From NCBI GenBank assembly GCA_016840405.1, contig JAEOSK010000032.1, positions 1 to 28,946 of the forward strand: 28,946 bases of DNA. Direction: 5' to 3'. The stretch is from Candidatus Hermodarchaeum yapensis. Its GTDB lineage: Archaea > Asgardarchaeota > Hermodarchaeia > Hermodarchaeales > Hermodarchaeaceae. Of the stretch, positions 17,234 through 25,302 are shown piece by piece. A program made the translations under genes and the position numbers. Below the pieces are notes generated by a model. That model searched no databases. It saw only the letters and a list, made by a program, of their open reading frames with translations, and had not been told where the DNA came from. Numbering within the stretch: position 1 is the first letter of the stretch; each line of letters opens with the position of its first letter.

Positions 17234-20200
17234 CTAGGTTTGGGTTGCGCCCTCTATGAGTAAAAGGCCTTCCTCAAATTTGACTGAGAAGACCTTTGAT
17301 ACTCCATCAACCATTGCAACGCCCATTAGCGTCTGAGCTAGACGGATAGTAATTTCGTTGTGAGAGATTATTATGAATTGTGAATTCTGTGAGAGGTTTT
17401 CAATGAGTTTCGCGACTCGGTCAGCATTATTTGGATCGAGTGCTTCGTCAATTTCATCAAGGAAATAAAATGGTGCAGGTTGATGGAGTTGTAAGGCAAA
17501 CATGAAGGTTAAAGCAGTAAGAGCTTTTTCACCACCTGATAATGCGTCGAGATATTGGATACGTTTTCCTGCAGGACGAACCTTCATTCTAATCCCGCCG
17601 AGAAATGGGTTTTCAGGATTCTCTAATTCAAGGTATCCCTCACCCTGAGTGAGTTTCTGATATACATCAGTGAAATTATGTGAGATGCTACTAAATGCCG
17701 CCATGAATACGCGGAACTTCTCTTCTTCCGCCTTTCGCATTGCATCCAGTATGGCTTCGCGTTCTTCTCGAACCCGACGTTCTTTTTCTAATATTTCGTC
17801 GAAGGCATGACGAATTTCCTCGAAGCGTTCAACTGCCTTTTGGTTTATAAGCCCCAGTTGTTCACGTTCCTGTTGTAAGGTTGTAATCTCTCTTCGTAAT
17901 GTGTGAACCAAAGAAGGTTCAATTGGTAGATCAGGTGGTTCCAACCCCGCTACATTTTTCTTTTGGGCAGCGTAGCGTTCTTCCCAGTTTTCAATACGCC
18001 CTTCAACTCTTGATCGATTCATTTTTTCTTCGTTTATTTTCTCGAAGAGCTCATCAATAGTTGTATTCAATTGGCGCCCTTCGTTTTCATTGGCAACAAT
18101 TTGATTTTCGAGCTCACGCACCTGATCCTTTAGGTTCGAAATGATGGTTTCTAAAGACGCCAGTTCCAGTTGATTCTGTTGGATTTGCTTTTGATTCAGT
18201 TCAAGGTCAGTGTTGGTTTGTTTTAGTTCGCCTTTGGCATTATCTAGGTCTTCGGACACCCGTTTGAATTCGATTTTCGCGAGTCTTTCTTCTCCCGTTT
18301 TTTCACTTATTTCAAGTTGTGTATCGCGAAGTTGAGTTTCCAGTTCTTCGAGTTGAGACCTGATACCTGATAAATTGGGATCTAAAGTGCTTCGTTCTAA
18401 TTCTGATAGGGTTTTTTGAATGTCTTCACGTTTTTGAGTGAGGTCAGTGATTTCTGTTTGTTCTGTCTGGAGTTTTTCTTCAAGCGCTTTTTTCGCTAAC
18501 TCGTCACCTTTCAGAGATTCATGTAATTTGGTGATACTAGTTTTGAATATGTTCAATGACTCTTCTTGCTCTGTGACTACATCGACTGCTTGAGAATTCT
18601 TGATTCGTAATTTCTCGGTCACTTTTTGTTTTTCACGGATTTGATTTTCAAGTCCACCCAGTTCCTGTTTCCATTGATGGTGGTCCTTTTCTGTGCTTGT
18701 TTGTAATGCTCTTAGATCTTTGAGCTTCTTTTGTAATTCAGGAATTCGAGCTTCTTCTTCAAGGGTCAGAGAAGAAATGCCCTTGTAATGCCCTCCAGTT
18801 AATGTTCTATTTGATTCGACAACATCCCCATCAGTCGTAATTTTTCGAACACCTGGTGCTTTGATATTTCGTGCAATTTTCAAATCCTTAACAATGAGAG
18901 TCCGTCCAAACACGTATTCGAATGCTGGTCGGAATTTTTCATTAAACGTCAGTAAGTCAATAGCATTGCCTACTACGCCCTTTTGACGTTCTTTGAAGGT
19001 AAAGGTGTCTGTTTTGATTGAGCTGAGCGGAATGAAGGTTGCACGGCCCACTCGACTCTTCTTCAGGTGATCAATACATTTCGTTGCAATTTCTTCATCA
19101 TCCACAACGATATAATCGAGCCGCCCTCCACCTGCAACTTCCAATGCAGTTGCATATTCTGTGGATGTTTGGCCTAAACTCCCAAGAGTTCCATATACGC
19201 CTTTGATTTTATTTTCTTTCACATATTTGAGAACTGCGTCAGTTCCTGCTTTGCGTGTTAGTCCATATTTCTTGAACTCACGGATTGTCTTAAGCCGAGT
19301 TTGTGCTTCTAATAGTTCTTCCTTCGAAGCTTGAATTAATTGACCTAGTTCTTCTTGCTTACTCTGCTTTTCTACAACTTTCTTTTCCAGTTCTCGCTGT
19401 TGGTTAATAAGATCTGTAACTTCTGATTCGATAATTTGAAGTTCCTTTTCGAGACTTTTTTGTTCAGTTTGAGCCTCGAGGAGTGTCCGTTCTTGTTCTG
19501 GTAAAATCAGATAACTTTCATCAATTTGCTGCTTAAGGTCAGTGATTCCCTTTTCTGTAATCCGGCTTAGGGCCATTGTTTCGCCATGTTCACTTCTTTT
19601 TGTCTCTATTTGATCCGTAAGTGCAAGTGTTTCTTTTCGCAAACTAAGGTATTCAGCATCAGGTGCTGAGGTTTGTTTTGTTAGCTCTGATAGGCGATTC
19701 CGAAGGGGAGTAGTTTGCTCAATTAATTGAGTTTCTTGCGCCTTAAGCGTCTTAATTTCTGATTTTAGCTCTGTTTGGCGCGTTTTTTCTTCCGTGACTT
19801 GTGATTCGAGATGTGTCACACTTGCACCGAGTGAGTCGGCTTGTCGAGAGAGTTTTTCAGAGGCTACCTGTAATCCTTTGAGAATTTCATTTATGCGGGT
19901 AGTTTCAATTTCTTTCTGATGGAGTTGTTGATCCCAGTTTTTAATCTGTGTTCCATCAGTTTGAACACTTTGTTCAAGTTCAAGTTGTCGATCCTGCGCA
20001 TCTCGTCGTTGTTTCTCTAATTCTTTGATATTTTTTGTAAACTCTTTGTATTCTTCTTTAAACGCGTTCAATCTTCGTTCAATTCTGATTAATTCCGCGA
20101 AAACCAAATCTCGTTCGAGTTGAGCCAATCGTTCGGTAATTTCTCGCCATCGGAGTGCGTCTTTTCTATCCTTTTCTAACCGTGAATATTCTTGGCGAAT

Positions 20201-20797
20201 TTCTTCTGTACGCATTTGCACCATTTGAAGGTTCTGATCCACCTTCACTAACTCGCTTTCGATTTGTTGTTTCTTTTCATCAAAGACGGAAATACCGGCT
20301 ACACCTTCAACGATTTGGCGGATTTCTGGTGATGACATAGCAATAACATTTGCAAGTTCGTTTTGCATTATGATGTTGTGCCCCTCTGGATGCAGCCCGG
20401 CTACAGCAATCGTGTCGAGCATTTCAGTTCGAGTAACTCGTTTTCCACCTATTCGATATGCACTTATTCCAGTTTCATCCACTTCACGACTGATTGTTAC
20501 TTCATCGGCGTCAATTGGAAATTGACGATCTGTATTGTTAAAGAGAAGACTGACTCTGCATAGTTTTGCTGGTGAACCGCCTGCCCCACCATTAAATAAA
20601 AGTGAAGCAAAATTTTCTGCCCGAAGCGATTTACTGCTTAACCTTCCCATTACAAAACATACTGCGTCAAGAATATTGCTTTTCCCACAACCATTTTCGC
20701 CTACAATAGCAGTGAAGCCTTCACTGAGGTTTATTGTAGTTTTTCGTGGGCTGAAACTTTTGAATCCTTGAACGGAGATTTGCTGTAAATAAGCCAC
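17234..20797 (-). CDS. smc: Chromosome segregation ATPase Smc
   Basis: GFKSF, GENGCGKS, long coiled coils, hinge (GVYGTL..GRATFIPL), LSGGEK, FLDEID, ISH. Confidence 0.97.
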   Translation of the reverse strand: MAYLQQISVQGFKSFSPRKTTINLSEGFTAIVGENGCGKSNILDAVCFVMGRLSSKSLRAENFASLLFNGGAGGSPAKLCRVSLLFNNTDRQFPIDADEVTISREVDETGISAYRIGGKRVTRTEMLDTIAVAGLHPEGHNIIMQNELANVIAMSSPEIRQIVEGVAGISVFDEKKQQIESELVKVDQNLQMVQMRTEEIRQEYSRLEKDRKDALRWREITERLAQLERDLVFAELIRIERRLNAFKEEYKEFTKNIKELEKQRRDAQDRQLELEQSVQTDGTQIKNWDQQLHQKEIETTRINEILKGLQVASEKLSRQADSLGASVTHLESQVTEEKTRQTELKSEIKTLKAQETQLIEQTTPLRNRLSELTKQTSAPDAEYLSLRKETLALTDQIETKRSEHGETMALSRITEKGITDLKQQIDESYLILPEQERTLLEAQTEQKSLEKELQIIESEVTDLINQQRELEKKVVEKQSKQEELGQLIQASKEELLEAQTRLKTIREFKKYGLTRKAGTDAVLKYVKENKIKGVYGTLGSLGQTSTEYATALEVAGGGRLDYIVVDDEEIATKCIDHLKKSRVGRATFIPLSSIKTDTFTFKERQKGVVGNAIDLLTFNEKFRPAFEYVFGRTLIVKDLKIARNIKAPGVRKITTDGDVVESNRTLTGGHYKGISSLTLEEEARIPELQKKLKDLRALQTSTEKDHHQWKQELGGLENQIREKQKVTEKLRIKNSQAVDVVTEQEESLNIFKTSITKLHESLKGDELAKKALEEKLQTEQTEITDLTQKREDIQKTLSELERSTLDPNLSGIRSQLEELETQLRDTQLEISEKTGEERLAKIEFKRVSEDLDNAKGELKQTNTDLELNQKQIQQNQLELASLETIISNLKDQVRELENQIVANENEGRQLNTTIDELFEKINEEKMNRSRVEGRIENWEERYAAQKKNVAGLEPPDLPIEPSLVHTLRREITTLQQEREQLGLINQKAVERFEEIRHAFDEILEKERRVREEREAILDAMRKAEEEKFRVFMAAFSSISHNFTDVYQKLTQGEGYLELENPENPFLGGIRMKVRPAGKRIQYLDALSGGEKALTALTFMFALQLHQPAPFYFLDEIDEALDPNNADRVAKLIENLSQNSQFIIISHNEITIRLAQTLMGVAMVDGVSKVFSVKFEEGLLLIEGATQT

Positions 20798-20939
20798 AGG
20801 AACAACGCCTATCCTCTTACTTTTATAATTTGGTCAGACGCAGCAACAAAGGAAATCCTTCTAAAAAAAGTTCTCGAACTTCCTGTTTTCAAGTAAAAAA
20901 TGAGGATTTTTTGTATACCAACGCGAAAAGATGTCTTCC

Positions 20940-21320
20940 CTAGCTTTTACCAATTTTTTCTACAGCACCACGAAGACTCCGAATAATGAGACCTAAACTT
21001 GCTGCAGCATCTTTTCCAGCGATTGAAACAACTAGATTTTTTGAAGCTGTTACAGCTACAGTGTACCCTTTATTAGTTTCAAGGTAAAGGGCCTGTGTGG
21101 GGCCTTGATCCACAGCTTTGTTAACAGCTTTCGTTTCTTTCAAAAGTGCAACTACGCTTGATACAATCGCACCATGATCCATATCCCGTAGGGTTTGTCC
21201 AGCAACTACCTTTCCAGCACTAGAAGCTGCAATTATTCCTTCAAGTTCTGGAATAGTGTCCATGATTTCAGCGAGAATCAGTTCAACCTCTTTCTTTCCG
21301 AGCATGAAAGCCACACCCAT
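20940..21320 (-). CDS. Roadblock/LC7-fold protein (divergently transcribed)
   Basis: ELEGIIAASSAGKVVA...GPTQALYLETNKGYTV...ASLGLI roadblock pattern; start may be ATG at 21305. Confidence 0.75.
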   Translation of the reverse strand: MGVAFMLGKKEVELILAEIMDTIPELEGIIAASSAGKVVAGQTLRDMDHGAIVSSVVALLKETKAVNKAVDQGPTQALYLETNKGYTVAVTASKNLVVSIAGKDAAASLGLIIRSLRGAVEKIGKS

Positions 21321-21494
21321 CGCCAGGGTTATTTGGCAATAGTTCTTGCGCTAAAAGGGATTTGGTGTCTTTGTTTAAAAACTGTGCGCCGAGAGAAAAT
21401 ATCAGCAGATTTTTTCAATAGTTCTTTGGTAACTCCGAACAAGAGGGAACGTTTATAACTTTAATAGAGACCAACTAGTCAGTGGCTAGAGAGC

Positions 21495-21791
21495 GTGGAG
21501 TATATGATTGGTGGTAAAGCATTAAAAGACTCACTGAAACGCCTTGGTGCCCATGACGGCGTTCGAGGCGTAATCATTACTAACATGGAAGGTTTGCCAA
21601 TCAGCTCCAATCTTAACGCAGAAAAAACCGAAGTTATCTCTGCGCTCGTTACATCGCTAGTTGGCAAAGCTAAACGCGTTGTTGACGAGCTTGGTGAAGG
21701 CGGCATGAACTTCCTCACAATTTCAACCCCAGCCGGGGAGGTTATGGTCGCCCCAGAGGAAGATTACATACTCATAGTTCTTCGAGGCTGA
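21495..21791 (+). CDS. Roadblock protein, dynein light chain DYNLRB-like
   Basis: LKRL..GV.G.I..N.EG.PI.S...KA...FL.I...E.MVAP..DY.LIV follows the eukaryotic DYNLRB pattern (comparison from memory). Confidence 0.88.
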   Translation: MEYMIGGKALKDSLKRLGAHDGVRGVIITNMEGLPISSNLNAEKTEVISALVTSLVGKAKRVVDELGEGGMNFLTISTPAGEVMVAPEEDYILIVLRG

Positions 21792-21911
21792 AGTACCGTT
21801 ACTTTCTGCTCTACGAAAAAACGCCAAAACCCCCACGTTCTTCCACGCAAAAGATATAAGTTGCCCCTCGAATGGTAACTCCCGCAAGCCCCTGGTGGAA
21901 AGGGATTAACC

Positions 21912-22382
21912 TTGTCAATAACCGTAAGACAGTTTGATGAAATCCTCTCTGATGTGATTAAAAGCGAACCCGGAATCAAGAAAACTATTCTTGTAGATCG
22001 TACGGGCTTGACTATTGCTCATGTCTCAAAATTTAGTTATTACCCAGTCGACGTCGATGGAATTGGCGCGATAGCTAGCGCAGTATTTTGTGCGAGTGAA
22101 GAACAGGGTAAAAGTCTAGATGTCGGAGATTTGACGATTGTGACATCAGAGTTCGGTGATGGAAAAATATTCGCAGCAGGTGCCGGCAAAGGCGTATTGT
22201 GTGTAATCACTGATAAAGAAGTGAACATCGGTATGATACGCCTAACAATGATGAAAGCTGCAGCCGAGCTTGCGAAAGTATTAGATGAATTCATGGCCGA
22301 AAAACCAGCTGTTGCAGCGGGTAAAACTGACGCAGAGCGTGAGGAGCTGCGTGCAGCGCTTGGTGAACTTGAGAAAGGCTAG
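21912..22382 (+). CDS. MglB-like roadblock protein with a C-terminal helical extension
   Basis: ILVDRTGLTIA, IGAIASAVF, VNIGMIR; directly upstream of mglA; extra linker and helix DAEREELRAALGELEKG. Confidence 0.85.
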   Translation: MSITVRQFDEILSDVIKSEPGIKKTILVDRTGLTIAHVSKFSYYPVDVDGIGAIASAVFCASEEQGKSLDVGDLTIVTSEFGDGKIFAAGAGKGVLCVITDKEVNIGMIRLTMMKAAAELAKVLDEFMAEKPAVAAGKTDAEREELRAALGELEKG

Positions 22383-22427
22383 TGGGGACGGGGTAGGCGC
22401 AACACGAAAAGGAGGAGCCGTCCTACT

Positions 22428-23015
22428 TTGAAGAAAGACCTACAAGGCAGAATACATTTCAAAATCGTCTTTTGGGGACCTTCACTATCTGGAAAGACTA
22501 CTGCACTCCGTTGGATTTATGATAACGTAGAAGGGCTAAATAAAGGCGGATTCACCTCCGTAGCTGACCATACCGGTCGCACACTCTTTTTTGATTACAC
22601 CCCAATGCAAGCTACAGCTCAAGTTGTATTTGATGTGTATACTGTTGCAGGTCAACGTCGACATAGAGGACAGCGAAAGGTCATTTTGACTGGGGTAGAT
22701 GGGATTATTTTTGTGGCGGATTCTTCCCCTGATCAAATGGAAGCAAATATTGAAAGCATGGCAGAACTTCGGTCATTTGTTGAAGAAGACCTTGGACACT
22801 CAATCAGCCTTGTTGTCATGCTGAACAAACAGGATTTACCGAATGCCATGGATAAAGCAGTCATGCTAGCAAAACTTGGGCTAGGAAACGCTCCTAATTT
22901 TACGACATGTGCTCTTACGGGTGAAAACGTGAAACGATCCTTTCGGCAAGTTACTCGCGATATCTTGATGTACCATTTGTACCCTAAGGCATCTGCAACA
23001 GCTTCAACGAGTTAG
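22428..23015 (+). CDS. mglA: MglA-family small GTPase
   Basis: KIVFWGPSLSGKTT (G1), RTLFFD (G2 with the intrinsic Arg), YTVAGQ (G3), GVDGIIFVADS, NKQD (G4), TCA (G5). Confidence 0.9.
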   Translation: MKKDLQGRIHFKIVFWGPSLSGKTTALRWIYDNVEGLNKGGFTSVADHTGRTLFFDYTPMQATAQVVFDVYTVAGQRRHRGQRKVILTGVDGIIFVADSSPDQMEANIESMAELRSFVEEDLGHSISLVVMLNKQDLPNAMDKAVMLAKLGLGNAPNFTTCALTGENVKRSFRQVTRDILMYHLYPKASATASTS

Positions 23016-23022
23016 AGCGAAA

Positions 23023-23406
23023 TTGATGATTCCGAGTTCACCAGAAATTGAAAAAATTCTGGCAAATTTAACTGAGTCAGTCGATGAGATTGAGGCAGCC
23101 GTTGTTGTTGGTGTCGATGGGCTTCCAATCGCAGCCAAACTCCCTGAAGAATTTGATGAAACACTTTTAGCAGCAATGAGTGCAGCCTTGCTCACAGTAG
23201 GAGAACGCGCAGCATCAGATTTAGGTAAAGGCGCGCTTCATCAGGTCTTTGCTCAGGGTGGAACGGGAGCTGTTATAATGGTTGCAGCAGGACCTGACTC
23301 AGTTCTGATGGTGAGCACCACAACAGCATCACTTGCTGGTCTTGGTCTAGTTTTCATTAATATGGAAAGAGCTGCACAGAAAATTGCCAAGAAATTAGAC
23401 CGATAG
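23023..23406 (+). CDS. Roadblock/LC7 (MglB-type) protein
   Basis: IEAAVVVGVDGLPIAA, LAAMSAALL..GERAA..LGKG.L.QV..QG..G, LGLVF. Confidence 0.9.
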   Translation: MMIPSSPEIEKILANLTESVDEIEAAVVVGVDGLPIAAKLPEEFDETLLAAMSAALLTVGERAASDLGKGALHQVFAQGGTGAVIMVAAGPDSVLMVSTTTASLAGLGLVFINMERAAQKIAKKLDR

Positions 23407-23632
23407 GTGACATCCTCCCTCCCTTGAGAGAAGGGCTTTGGACTGTTCCTTCGGGTTACGCTCGTCGCCGAGGCGCGTTTGGCCCGAAACTTGCCAGGTT
23501 CTGACGCTGTTCCGCCCCACACCGGCCCCTTAGGCAGGGAAATTTCTTGCACATGCCGGAGGGGGCATCATCTGCGTAGATGCCGCCCTGCCACGTAATG
23601 CCTGGTGTATATGACTCCAGTCGGGCATATCT
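23407..23632 (-). ncRNA. Candidate ~225-nt GC-rich structured ncRNA (family unknown; strand most likely minus)
   Basis: About 59% GC by hand count; several helices (GGCAUC/GAUGCC, GCCCC..CCGGC/GCCGG..GGGGC, UUUCGGG/CCCGAAG, CCCUU/AAGGG); TTTATAG box at 23652-23658; shares a motif with the 15.7-kb element. Confidence 0.55.
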
Positions 23633-23798
23633 AGGTCTGTTACTCTAAATCCTATAAACACCGCGATTTATTTGCCCACCTGATGGCAAAAGGCTTCTCG
23701 CCGACAAAGTTAAATTCAGACTGGCAAGATTGAGTCTTAAGCGGGAATTCTGTTATCATCTTCTTAGAACGGAAAGAATACAAGGAGTACGAACAATT

Positions 23799-24476
23799 GT
23801 GAAAGTACTTGTGACAGGTCCGCATCTTTCTGGAAAAAGTGCACTAATTCAAGGCTTAGCAAAAGGCAACGTCATCAACATTCAAGCAAATGGTACAACC
23901 GTCGGGCTTGACCACGGAGTGGCAGAGGCGTTTAAGATCCCAATCCGATTGTTTGGGACACCGGGTTTAGCTCGATTTAAAGTCCTGCGTAGGATAATTT
24001 CAGAAGGCGCTGATGGTATTCTTTTTGTTGTTGATGCGAGTAACCCTGAAGGGGATGGAGAGGCACGATATATTTGGACTGAGATCAGTGACTTGCTACC
24101 AAACGTACCTTGTATTGTCGCAGCAAATAAACAGGACCTGACTGATTCGAGAACACCGGAAAGAATTCGCCATGACTTGAGTTTTATGGTTGGAGTTCCA
24201 GTAATTCCGATTAGTTGCAAAACAGACTATAATTTGGAAAAGCTCCTGCCAGCCATGGTTATGCTCATCACCTATGAATGGAGCCCCATTTTACGAGCTT
24301 TTGGAGCAACCGGAGAAACCAGCTTCGCAGACTTAGCCAAGAGTCTCCGAATAAGAGAAACCAAAGTGCGGGGCTATCTGCGATGGTTTGAACTGCGGAA
24401 AATGGTATTTGCGGATTGGGAAAAGAAAACAGCCCATCTCGCTCCAGGAATCGCTAAAATCCTTGCTCAACGATAG
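23799..24476 (+). CDS. Small GTPase (MglA group 2/ATP_bind_1-like) with a putative C-terminal winged helix
   Basis: GPHLSGKS, TTVGLDHG, LFGTPGLARF, GILFVVDAS, ANKQD, ISC; C-terminal SFADLAKSLRIRETKVRGYLRWFELRKMV. GTG at 23799 with GGAG upstream preferred over 23730. Confidence 0.85.
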   Translation: MKVLVTGPHLSGKSALIQGLAKGNVINIQANGTTVGLDHGVAEAFKIPIRLFGTPGLARFKVLRRIISEGADGILFVVDASNPEGDGEARYIWTEISDLLPNVPCIVAANKQDLTDSRTPERIRHDLSFMVGVPVIPISCKTDYNLEKLLPAMVMLITYEWSPILRAFGATGETSFADLAKSLRIRETKVRGYLRWFELRKMVFADWEKKTAHLAPGIAKILAQR

Positions 24477-24523
24477 CAAACTTAAAAGCTCTAACACCTC
24501 ATGCATGGAACTGGTTAGTAAAA

Positions 24524-25294
24524 ATGACTGTTTCAGGTCCTGTTTGGAAAACGCTCCTAAAGGTTCTGAAAGAACGAGGGGTTGTGCATCTTACATTAAT
24601 TGACCCAGATCCCGTAAAACAATCCGCTGATGCTGCTGGAAAGATTGCGAAACTTGCTGAAGCCGCTGGGACAAATGGAATAATGATCGGTGGATCGACT
24701 GCATTTGGAATAATTGATGAAACCATTCAAACTATCAAACAACAGGTGCAAATTCCCATCATCCTTTTTCCAGGTAATATTTCAGGGCTTTCACGCTTTG
24801 CTGATGCTGTTTTCTTCATGAGCCTACTAAATTCACGTACAACTTACTGGATGATAGATGCCCAGACTCTTGCCGCCCGATTTATCAAAAACTTCGACCT
24901 AGAACCGATATCAATGGCCTATCTCATTTTAGACCCTGGTGGAACAGCCGGGTTTGTTGGTGATGCACGCTTAATTCCTAGAGACAAACCTGAAATCGCT
25001 CTCGGCTATTCGCTGGCTGCTCAGTATATCGGATTTCAACTCGTCTACCTTGAGGCGGGTTCAGGCGCAGAGAATGCTGTGCCACACCCCATGGTTGAAC
25101 TATTATCCAACAAATTAGATGTTCCTGTAGCTGTGGGAGGTGGAATGAATACTGCTGAACAAGCCGCAGCAACCGCTGCAGCGGGCGCTGACATTATCGT
25201 ACAAGGTACGATCATTGAACGCACAATTTTGAAGGATAAGGGTAAGCTGCTTACGAAAACAATCGAAGCCATTCAACAAGCCAAAAAGAAATGA
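24524..25294 (+). CDS. Geranylgeranylglyceryl phosphate synthase (archaeal ether lipid synthesis)
   Basis: HLTLIDPD, IMIGGST, ILFPG, FMSLLNS, YLEAGSGA, VGGG (group II GGGPS motifs). Confidence 0.93.
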   Translation: MTVSGPVWKTLLKVLKERGVVHLTLIDPDPVKQSADAAGKIAKLAEAAGTNGIMIGGSTAFGIIDETIQTIKQQVQIPIILFPGNISGLSRFADAVFFMSLLNSRTTYWMIDAQTLAARFIKNFDLEPISMAYLILDPGGTAGFVGDARLIPRDKPEIALGYSLAAQYIGFQLVYLEAGSGAENAVPHPMVELLSNKLDVPVAVGGGMNTAEQAAATAAAGADIIVQGTIIERTILKDKGKLLTKTIEAIQQAKKK

Positions 25295-25302
25295 TGCTTT
25301 TT

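Noticed and set aside
23530-23628. 32-codon leaderless ORF on the minus strand (MPDWSHIHQ...)
   Set aside because: No recognisable protein features, and the region is better explained by RNA structure; not fully excluded.
23407-23632. SRP RNA, RNase P RNA, group I intron, HDV ribozyme, c-di-GMP or B12 riboswitch
   Set aside because: Only isolated words match (GCCAGG, CAGAACCUGGC, AAGGAACAGUCC, CAAAGCC). Required partners such as the SRP helix-8 AGCA, RNase P P4, group I P4/P7 and the HDV L3 are missing or out of order.
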